In this document: in pieces, positions 42,706-51,920 of the stretch
How positions within the stretch are numbered: the first letter of the stretch is position 1
Layout: each line of letters opens with the position of its first letter
Assembly: GCA_963708045.1 (NCBI GenBank)
Contig: OY970181.1
Span: 451,740-515,739 of the forward strand
Origin: an uncultured bacterium
GTDB taxonomy: Bacteria > Patescibacteriota > Patescibacteriia > CAIQCM01
Reading direction: 5' to 3'
DNA length: 64,000 nucleotides
Made by a program: the position numbers and the translations under genes
The notes under the pieces: model-generated
What the model saw: only the letters and a program-made list of their open reading frames with translations
Told to the model about the DNA's origin: nothing
Database searches by the model: none

Positions 42706-43071
42706 TTATGGGCACCCTTTTCGGTAACTGGTATCTACAAATTTAACGTTAAAAAAAGTATATAGCTCAACCTTAATATACCCGCATAGCTCGTCAGTAT
42801 CGCTGTCGGTAATTAGTATGCGTCTAGTAAGTATGTCTTGACCCAGACGGCCGATACCGTTATTAGAATGGAAAAGAAAGCCCACCGTGCTGAGATCGTT
42901 TTTCGTGATGTTTACGTTTGTTGTTTTGTCAACAAAAATTGGACCGGCTAACCCCCCAAACGCACCGACCTTTTCACCGTTTGGCGATGTCCAAAATGCT
43001 AAAACTAATAACAAGGCGAAGACCGCCAGACCTATAAATATTTTTGCCTCCAGAGATATTTTGCTTTTCAT
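42706..43071 (-). CDS. Hypothetical membrane-anchored protein
   Basis: N-terminal TM, 121-aa ORF between repeat motifs. Confidence 0.65.
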   Translation of the reverse strand: MKSKISLEAKIFIGLAVFALLLVLAFWTSPNGEKVGAFGGLAGPIFVDKTTNVNITKNDLSTVGFLFHSNNGIGRLGQDILTRRILITDSDTDELCGYIKVELYTFFNVKFVDTSYRKGCP

Positions 43072-43311
43072 ATTTGATGCGTGTAAATAAATGTAAATGG
43101 CTAAATGGGGTCAAGTCCCATTATATTAAAGATGTTTAAAAATTGGACTTGACCCCATTTCGTATGGTTTGATATTACCCCTAGAAATTAAAAAAGACCA
43201 ACATTGCTGCTGATCTTCTTAAACGGTGAGTGTAGGATTTGAATAAACCGAAACAGGGCATGTCCCCATTTATATACTCGATTATCCAAGGTGCCTGACC
43301 CCATAAAAATT

Positions 43312-44976
43312 TTACTCAACAAAATAAGTTACCACTTTCCCATCCTTACGAATTGAATTTTGGGCCAGCCCTAATTTGATCTGAACTCCCTTTCCCTTGA
43401 AGGCTTCAGCCATTTTTATAACGGAAAGAATATCCGGCGCGACCGGAATTTTATCTTCAGGCATCTCAACGGCATCAGTATGAGAGAAGCCAATCGTGAG
43501 AATATATTTAGTTTTCCCATCCCTCTCATCTTTTCTTACCTCGTGAATGTTAACGGCATGTATCAGCGAAGGATAATCCAGGCTGAATTGCGCTCGAACT
43601 TTCTTGTGCTTACTTTTTAGCAGTTCTGGATCTTCAATCATCAATTCCCCACCATCCTCACTTGAGGATATTTTACCCCCATGATTTTTTAGCCATTCGA
43701 TAATGACATCCATCAGCTGATCTTTGTCTTCAGCAATAATGTTAAAAACGGTATTGTCCTCAATGGGTATATAATGCTCATTTACTTGCTGCATGGTGCG
43801 ATAGCTCTTAAGCCTCCATTGTCCTAAATCGTATTTTTTGATAGCAGTTTCGGCATCAGCAATTGATTCTGCCAATGTTTGCGATCGGTTAATTTTTAAC
43901 TCACGGACAAAATCTTCTTCCGATAATATTCCGGAAGCCAACGCTTCTTTTAATCGTGTGGCCTGAATAAATTGATTTTCTCTCGGATCACTTAGATATG
44001 GTAAACCAGTTTCTACCGGGAACGACTCAACTCTCTCAACCAAATCCTCTAATTTCTTTTTCTCTAAGCGCTCCACTGGAAAGATATTTTCCAATGGATT
44101 ATACAGACATTTTCCTTGTTCATTATAAACTGGAATCTGCTCGTTTTTTGGCAATAGTTTATTCTGGACATTAATAATGTGTTCTAGTGCCGCTTCTTTT
44201 GTTGGTGGGGCATCTCCACGCCTATTTTCCCTCATGTCGTCCGGTATAACAATCGCGTTAATCGTTTTACAGCTTAAAAGTTGACGATAGGCGCGTTTAT
44301 CTTTTTCCTTGTCATCCGGCAAAAATTCACCAGCCTCATATGTTTTTTTACCATCTTTGCCCACATAACTTTTTTCTCCTTTGAATTCGGGGATTAAAAG
44401 TTGTTCTGGTTCCGGGAAGTTTTCTAATTTGCCCCAATCCGCATGGTCAATGCCGTAAAATTCTATTCTACCTAGGTCCTCATGTAAGTCACCATCGCCG
44501 TGTCTAACTAATATTTCACCACCAACACCATTAGTAACCCGGCCGCTAGTAAGATTAACCACGCCATTTATTAAATTCGGCCACAATTTTTTAAAAATAT
44601 CTGTAACAAAAATAATTTGGCCACCAAATATTACTCTATCTTGGCCAAACCCAATTTTAGTGTTATGACCAGAGTTATCAACCGCTGGAACACCAATAAG
44701 ATTAAAATCTACATTATATTTTTCTATCCCATCTGGTAGACGATACCACCCCAATCCTTTAGTAAGAATGCCTTCGAGATTACTTAAATCACTACCGTGT
44801 ACAGCTAACCCATCCTCATTAATATTGAAGGACTCTATTGCTTCTGGCGAGCGCAATTTTAATCTCTCAAGCAAAAGATAACCCTCTTGTTCCTTGCTTA
44901 CTTCTGTGGGTTCCTGGTTTTTTTGATTCGACTCCCGCTCCGAATCCTGTGAGAATGATTCTATCTCTCTTGGCAT
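43312..44976 (-). CDS. Hypothetical protein, possible ADP-ribosyltransferase-like N-terminal domain
   Basis: 554-aa ORF; acidic low-complexity N-terminus; AVHGSDLSNLEGILTKGL. Confidence 0.6.
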   Translation of the reverse strand: MPREIESFSQDSERESNQKNQEPTEVSKEQEGYLLLERLKLRSPEAIESFNINEDGLAVHGSDLSNLEGILTKGLGWYRLPDGIEKYNVDFNLIGVPAVDNSGHNTKIGFGQDRVIFGGQIIFVTDIFKKLWPNLINGVVNLTSGRVTNGVGGEILVRHGDGDLHEDLGRIEFYGIDHADWGKLENFPEPEQLLIPEFKGEKSYVGKDGKKTYEAGEFLPDDKEKDKRAYRQLLSCKTINAIVIPDDMRENRRGDAPPTKEAALEHIINVQNKLLPKNEQIPVYNEQGKCLYNPLENIFPVERLEKKKLEDLVERVESFPVETGLPYLSDPRENQFIQATRLKEALASGILSEEDFVRELKINRSQTLAESIADAETAIKKYDLGQWRLKSYRTMQQVNEHYIPIEDNTVFNIIAEDKDQLMDVIIEWLKNHGGKISSSEDGGELMIEDPELLKSKHKKVRAQFSLDYPSLIHAVNIHEVRKDERDGKTKYILTIGFSHTDAVEMPEDKIPVAPDILSVIKMAEAFKGKGVQIKLGLAQNSIRKDGKVVTYFVE

Positions 44977-45314
44977 ACTATTTTATTTAAAAATTATAAT
45001 CAGGGACATGACCCCTTATTTATACTCTATACAAAAACTCCGCGCCAGAGCGTGGAGTTTTTGAACGGTGTGTACCGGTCTGGTACCAACCTGCTGGCTT
45101 GCCATAAACCCCATGCGGTTTGTGGCGGTATTATAAGGTGTTTTGAAGGCTTTGGCCAATGGCGATTTTGAGGTGTGTAGGTCGGCGGTCGGATTTCAAA
45201 ATGAGACAAATGAGACACTTTAATCGAGTTTTTTGGAGTGTCTCACTTTGGGCTTTTAAGCCATTTCTTTTTAGCTTAAAAGGAGTATCCTTTATTAGGA
45301 AAGATTGGATTTTT

Positions 45315-46410
45315 ATGAAAAAAATAACGGATAAAATCGAATACCTCCTCCGCCAAAAGAGGCGTTCTAGGCGTAGTGAAAAAGCGCGATTACGGCACAG
45401 AAAAAAACAGAAGCGAGTAAGGCGGCTTCTTTATAAAAGAAGCTGGGATAATCGTAAAAAATTTTTAAAGGAATTTTCGAGCATTTGGAGATAACCGCGT
45501 TCGTGCACCGAAAATTTTTTCTTTATTATTGAATACTGAGGAAACCGTTCGTTTCCTGCAACGAATTAATGCGTTATGGCAAAAGAGGGAGTGCGTTTTT
45601 GTCGCGTTAAAAGATGTAGAGATCATTGACCATAGCGCTACGACGGTGCTCCTTTCTTTAATACACCGTTTTCGCGTCGCCAATATTAAATTCAATGGCG
45701 ATTTTCCTGCAAACCAAACCGCGAATACGATTATTCAGGAGTCTCAATTTTTTGAAAGATTGAACATGGTTCGCCCGAGTAGCAAGGATTACACCATTAA
45801 ACGAAACAACCAAATTATTGGAGAGGCTGGTACGCAGACGATAGACCCGAATACCTCTTTGGCGATATGCGATGACGTATCGCAAACTATTACAGGGTCG
45901 TCAAAATACGTGTTCCCAACACTGCACCCGATGTTTATGGAATTGATGCAAAATACGTATGAGCACGCGGGAGAACACAAAGGAACCGTCCATTGGTGGT
46001 TATCAACAAATCATGATAAAGATAATAAAACCGTGTCTTTCCACTATATAGATTACGGTTGCGGCATAATCGACAGCGTCCTAAATAAGGAGAACAATCG
46101 TATTGCAAAAAAGTTCAAGAGATTGGCTTTTTCATTATTCCAAAAAGATCAATTTTCTAATATTATTTTGCGCTTGCTGAACAATGAACACCGTGAATCG
46201 CAAACCGAATACTACAGGGGGAAAGGAATTCCGAGCTTAAAAAAATCCCTTGATAATAAACGCTTAAAATGCTTAAATGTTGTTACTAACAGAGCGGTAG
46301 TCGATGCTGGCAACGGCGTAGCCAGAGATCTCAGCGAGGATTTTACTGGCACATATATTAGCTGGATGCTTGATAAAGATTGTGAGAAAAAAATATGGGC
46401 GAAACAATAA
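45315..46410 (+). pseudogene. STAS-like plus HATPase_c (GHKL) protein; basic N-terminus separated by an apparent +1 frameshift at ~45469-45494
   Basis: ELMQNTYEHA (N box), DYGCGI, RGKGI, GT motifs. The downstream ORF lacks a good start; removing one T at 45474-45477 joins it to ATG 45315. Confidence 0.7.
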
Positions 46411-46730
46411 AAACTTCCGTTAAAGATTTCTCATACACCCCCGGACCACGAAACAAAAGGGAGGGTGATTTTTCGGCCGAGCTTTTTTTGGAAACGATTC
46501 TGGAACCAATATTCAAACGAATGGATGCGGACAAAGATTTAAAATTGGAGATTAATCTCAATGGTACCTTAGGCTACGGAACAAGTTTTCTTGAAGAAAT
46601 TTTTGGCGGAACCGCGCGCAATAGAGGCGTTGATTTTGTGAGAAACCGAATAGAGATAACATCAAATGAAGAGCCGTGGCTGAAAGATGAAATAAAAGGT
46701 TATGTTGATGATGTTGAAAAGCATACTTAA
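46395..46730 (+). CDS. STAS-like domain protein (DUF4325)
   Basis: DFSYTPGPR...SAELF, INLNGTLGYGTSFLEEIFGG. Confidence 0.85.
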   Translation: MGETIKTSVKDFSYTPGPRNKREGDFSAELFLETILEPIFKRMDADKDLKLEINLNGTLGYGTSFLEEIFGGTARNRGVDFVRNRIEITSNEEPWLKDEIKGYVDDVEKHT

Positions 46731-47328
46731 GTGGTTAATCAGCCCGATATTATTTTTGCTCTTGGGAATCTGCATTGGCTCTCCTGTTTGGTTGCGCCAT
46801 GCTGAATGGCTGAAATGGAGCGAGCTGGATCTGTCAAACACCCTATCGATATTAGGACTTGTCATAAATACGATTCTCGCGGTCGTCATCGTGCTTGTAT
46901 TGCAAAGATTGCAAGATATCCAACGCGTAGAGAAAAACATACTCATAAGCCGGCTCGAGGAAGAACTTAAGTGCATTAAGGATTTTGTCGATGGTTGTTG
47001 CGTGAGCGGCAATCCAGTGGATTTTTCTTCCGTCACTAGTTTTTTTAAAACGATAAATATTCGAATTAGCAAAATCACCGATACTCACAGTAATTGCAAA
47101 AAAGAAACTGATGATTTGTTTGAGGAGACCTTGGCTTTAAATTCTTTATTGACAGACCCTAAAGGAACAGACGATTTGAAAATTGACAATAATAAAATAT
47201 CAATAACGCCCAAAAGGATACAGGAGATAAAAATACAGATTGCCGAAGTTCAAAACCGAACTCTGGAACTTATCATTTGTATTAATAGACAGGCCACCAA
47301 AAGAGGCCGAACCAAAGAAAAGAAATAA
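46702..47328 (+). CDS. Hypothetical 2-TM membrane protein
   Basis: Two N-terminal hydrophobic helices; overlaps the upstream gene. Confidence 0.7.
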   Translation: MLMMLKSILKWLISPILFLLLGICIGSPVWLRHAEWLKWSELDLSNTLSILGLVINTILAVVIVLVLQRLQDIQRVEKNILISRLEEELKCIKDFVDGCCVSGNPVDFSSVTSFFKTINIRISKITDTHSNCKKETDDLFEETLALNSLLTDPKGTDDLKIDNNKISITPKRIQEIKIQIAEVQNRTLELIICINRQATKRGRTKEKK

Positions 47329-47369
47329 CGGTAAACTTGCGAGGTTCTTTATTTAAAAGCTTTCCATTT

Positions 47370-48011
47370 TTAATGGAAAGCTTTTAAATATGGCCAGATT
47401 AAATATTTGCTGAGAATTTCTTTAGGATTATAAACTTCATACCATGGCTTCATTGCTATGGTATTTGGGCTTTCATTAAGAGGGACGGAGACGTATTTCA
47501 ATAATTTTTTAGGAGGTAGGATCCCCGCGTTGTCTTTTATCGTTAGTATCATGAAGCCGTTTTTAGAAACGGTTCTGGCTTTTAAAACGCCGTCGCGCAC
47601 GAGCTTTTTAACGGTCGGAGCTTTCAATTTCAAATATATATCGAGATCGCTTGAAGAGTACCAGCTTTCGTTGTTGCGGCAGGCACTGCCGGGGAGCTCT
47701 TTTTTGTTGACGGCATGTTGGCAAGCTAGGCATTTTTTACCCCACTTATCGTACCAAAGTTCCTCATTCTTTATTTGGGCCGAACAAATGGCGCAGCTAT
47801 ATGTCCCTCCGTTCATGATATGAAAACCATTGGGAGAAGTTTTTAATTTTTCTTTAAGCTGTCGTTCTCGTAAAGAACAATCGAATAGCACCTTGAAAAG
47901 ACCTATCAACCTATTTGCGGATTCGGTTGCTTCCTGACGGCTTATTTCCGTGCCGTACGTCTTTTTGTAAATTTCTTGGAATTCGTCAATTGCTTTTTCA
48001 GGTAGCAGCAT
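47370..48011 (-). CDS. Hypothetical protein with CxxC zinc finger and HTH-like segment
   Basis: CAIC...CLAC; N-terminal EFQEIYKKTYGTEISRQEA motif of small CPR mobile-region proteins. Confidence 0.7.
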   Translation of the reverse strand: MLLPEKAIDEFQEIYKKTYGTEISRQEATESANRLIGLFKVLFDCSLRERQLKEKLKTSPNGFHIMNGGTYSCAICSAQIKNEELWYDKWGKKCLACQHAVNKKELPGSACRNNESWYSSSDLDIYLKLKAPTVKKLVRDGVLKARTVSKNGFMILTIKDNAGILPPKKLLKYVSVPLNESPNTIAMKPWYEVYNPKEILSKYLIWPYLKAFH

Positions 48012-48015
48012 AAAA

Positions 48016-49032
48016 CTATTGTTTTGGTTTTATAACGACCCTACCCAGTAGAACAAGGTAAAGATATAAAACCAACGTGGTATTTTCAAAATTACATTCC
48101 ATTGGTTCGATTTCACCGTGCGCAATTTTGTGCCTAATTCTATATCCCATTTGTTCAAATAGAACGAATTTTATTTGCCTGCAGAAGTCTTCGCTCCACG
48201 CCTTCTTAAATTCCTCTGAATCCAAATCCATTTCCGATAAGACTTTTGTTCTCGTTGCAATTCCTTGTTTTTGGTCTAATGCCACGATGTTAATACCTAG
48301 TCTCTCAGAGATTTTTAAGAAAACGTTTTCAAATTGCGGTACAAGAATATGTAACGCAGAGACATAATCGCGATCGAAATATTTCTGAAGGCCAACCAAG
48401 ATTATTTTAAGATTTTTATCCTCAAAAATTCTAGCCTCAGAAAAATATTCAGATAACTCCTTCATGTTTAAATTTATGCCGTGAGGTTTGTTTTCCATAA
48501 GTTCATAAATGACTCTGCCTAGATAAAATCGCATCACTAACTGTTGATGAAGATTATACATATCGATAAACCAAGAATACCTCCCGTCAGAACCCCCGCG
48601 CAAAATATGCCCATTATTGGAAATGGTTGACATGCTCGTAATCTGGCGAAAGATAGACATTTCCCCACTGGCCTGTTGTTGCATAATTGCTAATTTCGGA
48701 AAGAATAACGGACTTCTTCCTATCGCTCGTAAGATGGTTTTTAAGTCGCCCTGGTTTAAAAATTTCGTTATAAATTCCTCGCGCAATTTTATCTTATCTT
48801 CGGAAAGTGTTTGTGTAACAGAAAGTTCTTTGAAATCTTTGCCGGATGCCATCGATTTTTTGTTCATTTCGACAATTTTGTTTTTGCACAATGTTATGGC
48901 ATTGGATTTGCCCCGCTGTCCTATCGCAATCTTCAGCGCGTCTTTATAGAAAAAAGCAGCGCGAAAAAAGTCTTTCTGTTTTTCTGCTTCTTGGGCTTGA
49001 GAAAGCTTATTCTGCAATTCAATGTTATCCAT
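48016..49032 (-). CDS. DUF4209-like HEPN-domain protein
   Basis: SALHILVPQFE and RIRHKIAHG (RxxxxH) near the C-terminus. Confidence 0.8.
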   Translation of the reverse strand: MDNIELQNKLSQAQEAEKQKDFFRAAFFYKDALKIAIGQRGKSNAITLCKNKIVEMNKKSMASGKDFKELSVTQTLSEDKIKLREEFITKFLNQGDLKTILRAIGRSPLFFPKLAIMQQQASGEMSIFRQITSMSTISNNGHILRGGSDGRYSWFIDMYNLHQQLVMRFYLGRVIYELMENKPHGINLNMKELSEYFSEARIFEDKNLKIILVGLQKYFDRDYVSALHILVPQFENVFLKISERLGINIVALDQKQGIATRTKVLSEMDLDSEEFKKAWSEDFCRQIKFVLFEQMGYRIRHKIAHGEIEPMECNFENTTLVLYLYLVLLGRVVIKPKQ

Positions 49033-49404
49033 ATATGGGCTACATCATACACCCATAAAACCCACTTATCCACACGGTGTGCAAAAAGGCTTTTTTGAAG
49101 GTTTTTAGAATTCGTGAAAAACCATACTTCGAAAATCCAGATTTTAAGAGAAAAAATTAAAATTGATTTTGTAAGTCTTTACACTATTGACAATTTACCC
49201 AAATTAATCAAAATAGAGCCAAATATTGACTGTTTTTGGCACCGGACTTCATGAAGCGAAGGTGATATGACCATTCGCTGAAACAAAAAACTAAAAAAAG
49301 AAATAAATGGTCCCGTCCTATTCGTTAACTACTAATTAACATTATCCATTCTTTTAAATGACCAAAATAAATTGATTGTAAAATCAGAAAATAAGCGCGA
49401 CATG

Positions 49405-49728
49405 TTAATTGTTATTTTTAATTAAAAAATTCAAACCATTTATTTCGCCATCATGAGTATTCGTATAAATGTCGTAATGGGTGTCCTGATCGAAAATATT
49501 TTCTCCAAATTTTGACCACTTTTCTACGACTAAGGAAAACCAATTATCAATATTATCGTTTGATAATTCCCCGTTATACGGGATTTTGTAAAGGTCATTT
49601 AAATACTCCAACGATGAGCAAACAAATATTTTTGTATGTTTTTTCTCATCATCAGAGAGAATAATAATTCTAGCCCAATATAAGTCCCTACTAAAATCCC
49701 TTTTTAAAGTCCCTTTCTCTGCCTTCAT
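49405..49728 (-). CDS. Hypothetical protein
   Basis: AT-rich ORF co-oriented with its neighbours. Confidence 0.6.
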   Translation of the reverse strand: MKAEKGTLKRDFSRDLYWARIIILSDDEKKHTKIFVCSSLEYLNDLYKIPYNGELSNDNIDNWFSLVVEKWSKFGENIFDQDTHYDIYTNTHDGEINGLNFLIKNNN

Positions 49729-49767
49729 ATTAAAAACCTGCAACAATAATTTTAAGCAAAAAATTAC

Positions 49768-50223
49768 CTATCTACGATTGCCATGTATTATATACAATAC
49801 GATGCGTTCAATACCTTGTATTAAAAACATGGTTAAAAAGCCCCAAAAAATTCCATTTATTATCGAATAACCATATACATCAATTGAATCACTAAAACGC
49901 CAATTGACTTCACCTTTTTCAATTAAATAACCAAATATTAATGAGACGAAAGAGACAAACCAACCTAAAACATTTAGCAATCTCTCCCACCAACTATCTT
50001 GAGTTAAAAAAGTAAAAAAAGAAATTTTAAATTGCTTCTTTTTGACATTCAAAAAAATAAAGGACGTAACAGAAATTATTAGGACAGTGAATCCACCAAA
50101 ACCTAAAAAATCCTCAATAAAACTATGTGAATAATTTTTTGAAAAAATGAACAAAAAAGATGCTATTAATATACAATATGACGCAAACACCAATGCGTTT
50201 TTATTTATGAATTTTATGAGCAT
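49768..50223 (-). CDS. Hypothetical 4-TM membrane protein
   Basis: Four hydrophobic segments. Confidence 0.65.
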   Translation of the reverse strand: MLIKFINKNALVFASYCILIASFLFIFSKNYSHSFIEDFLGFGGFTVLIISVTSFIFLNVKKKQFKISFFTFLTQDSWWERLLNVLGWFVSFVSLIFGYLIEKGEVNWRFSDSIDVYGYSIINGIFWGFLTMFLIQGIERIVLYIIHGNRR

Positions 50224-50316
50224 ATCTTTTTGATTGTAATTCGTCTGGACAATACCACGTCGTTCGCCTCATACTCATAAGAGTTAAGGTCGCTCGATAC
50301 GAAATTGTCTTAGCTT

Positions 50317-50604
50317 TTATTCTACAACTGATTCCATAATAGTGCCATCGTTTACCAATAACGAATCTCTTAACATCATGCGCAGTGTTGATTTTCCCTT
50401 GGTTGTTTTTAAATAAATTTCTCGCCTCGTTGCATCGGATGTCGTGAGATACGCCTCATAATGGATTATTTTTAATGGGCGGTAAGCTTTTGTTGATTGT
50501 GTTTCGCCTCGTTCGTGTTGCTGGAAACGGCGTTTTAGATCTTTGGTGCTGCCAACATATATCCAGTTTCTATTTTGACTTTTTAAAACATATACATAGT
50601 GCAT
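50317..50604 (-). CDS. Stand-alone GIY-YIG nuclease
   Basis: YVYVLKS..IYVGST.DLKRRFQQH..G...STK.YRP..REIYLK. Confidence 0.93.
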   Translation of the reverse strand: MHYVYVLKSQNRNWIYVGSTKDLKRRFQQHERGETQSTKAYRPLKIIHYEAYLTTSDATRREIYLKTTKGKSTLRMMLRDSLLVNDGTIMESVVE

Positions 50605-50756
50605 ATAACATATTATAAACCCGGAAAGCGCCGCGCACCATGTGAGGTGCACGGCTGCCATAAACCACGTTTGCTTTGAGTATTCATCTATCAAAAAACA
50701 CGTAGAGCATGACAAACCATATATAGAATGGCTTGCCATAAACCCCACGTGGTTTA

Positions 50757-50846
50757 TGGCGGAGAGTATAGGATTTGAACCTATGAGCCCCCTTACGGGA
50801 GCGCAGTTTAGCAAACTGCTGCCTTGGACCACTCGGCCAACTCTCC
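50757..50846 (-). tRNA. tRNA-Ser(GCT)
   Basis: GGAGAGTTGGCCGAGTGG...TTGCTAA...long variable arm...GGTTCAAATCC...CTCTCCGCCA. Confidence 0.96.
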
Positions 50847-51095
50847 ATATTATTTTAATTGTTCGTTGGCCTCGTGGTAGAACCACTCCCAGCCAAAGGC
50901 TGGTGCGCCTCGGGCGCAGGCCAACTCTCCATATCTCGTTGATTGTGAGTAAAATATATTAAAAAAACGGCTAAATGTCAATTTTCTTTGTTTTTTTAGC
51001 TGAACAGAGCTTATCAAAAGCAACCCAAAGTAAATTGTATCAATGGGTAAAAGGAGTAGAATTGTTATTAGATTAACTGATTAACAAATTTTTTT

Positions 51096-51380
51096 ATGTG
51101 GGCAATTATTGGGTTTATTGTCGGTATCTGCGCGCCGCGGCTTGTATCAATATATCTTTACTTTTTTACTAGCTGGTTTGCGGGCGTATTTCATACCAAG
51201 GGCTGGCCGATTTTGGGTTTTATTTTTATGCCGCGGACAATGCTTTGGTATAGCGTTGTTGCTAATTGGTCTAACGGTCACTGGGGTTTTTGGCAGTATG
51301 CCATTTTGGTCATTGCAATAATTGGCGACCTTGGCGGCGGCAAATCAACTTACCACCGTAAGCCGTACGGATGCTTTTAG
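51096..51380 (+). CDS. Small hypothetical membrane protein
   Basis: PRL..., WPILGFIFMP.T.L.Y hydrophobic pattern. Confidence 0.7.
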   Translation: MWAIIGFIVGICAPRLVSIYLYFFTSWFAGVFHTKGWPILGFIFMPRTMLWYSVVANWSNGHWGFWQYAILVIAIIGDLGGGKSTYHRKPYGCF

Positions 51381-51416
51381 TGTTCGCTATCGGAAAACGA
51401 TCTCGTCCCGTATTTA

Positions 51417-51848
51417 ATGGGCGACATATATAATTATATAAAAAATAAAATAATCATCACCATTGCTTTCTTCCTAGCTATTATTGCGGTTGTTTTTTTA
51501 TTTTATTTTTACAAACCCCAACAAAACTTGCCGACTGGTGTTATTTCAAACGCGCCCAATGTTTCCAAAACCTGCGTTGATTGCGGAAAAGGGGGTTGGG
51601 AGAAAATGGACGAGCTTTGCGGAAAACAAATCATTTCTAAAAATGATTTTAAGGAGTGCCTGAAAAATTTTAGTTGGTCATCGGTTGGCAAAGACACGGA
51701 CGCTGGTGAAATACAGGAAGGATATATTGAAATCGGCAGTTTAGAAGTTTTGAAAAATTCTACTGTCGGATCAATTGGTGTTTTTATCTACCACCAGTGG
51801 GCGGTTGATAAAGATGGAAATTTATATTTATTAGGGCAACTAGGTTAA
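51417..51848 (+). CDS. Hypothetical membrane-anchored protein
   Basis: N-terminal TM, 143 aa. Confidence 0.65.
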   Translation: MGDIYNYIKNKIIITIAFFLAIIAVVFLFYFYKPQQNLPTGVISNAPNVSKTCVDCGKGGWEKMDELCGKQIISKNDFKECLKNFSWSSVGKDTDAGEIQEGYIEIGSLEVLKNSTVGSIGVFIYHQWAVDKDGNLYLLGQLG

Positions 51849-51920
51849 CGGATAGTATAACTGAATAAAATTCCTTATAATACTCTTTAGATTATTAGTA
51901 CCAAGTAACGCACAATAAAT

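Larger units (their letters stand above)
42213..45186. repeat. Dispersed intergenic motif TTTTGAGGTGT-N4-GTCGG (42213, 42672, 45166) plus GGACTTGACCCC-type REP-like units
   Basis: Three exact matches to 16 fixed positions. AAATTGGACTTGACCCCATTTC is identical at 42243 and 43140 and inverted at 43103. Confidence 0.85.

Noticed and set aside
49043-49062. Inverted copy of the TTTTGAGGTGT motif (TCATACACCCATAAAA)
   Set aside because: Too degenerate to distinguish from chance in AT-rich sequence.
42213-50316. Classical integron with attC sites, or a prophage
   Set aside because: No IntI, no RYYYAAC/GTTRRRY-bounded hairpins, no phage structural genes.
50605-50886. N-terminal extension of the GIY-YIG ORF
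   Set aside because: It runs through tRNA-Ser and repeats; the domain starts at ATG 50604.
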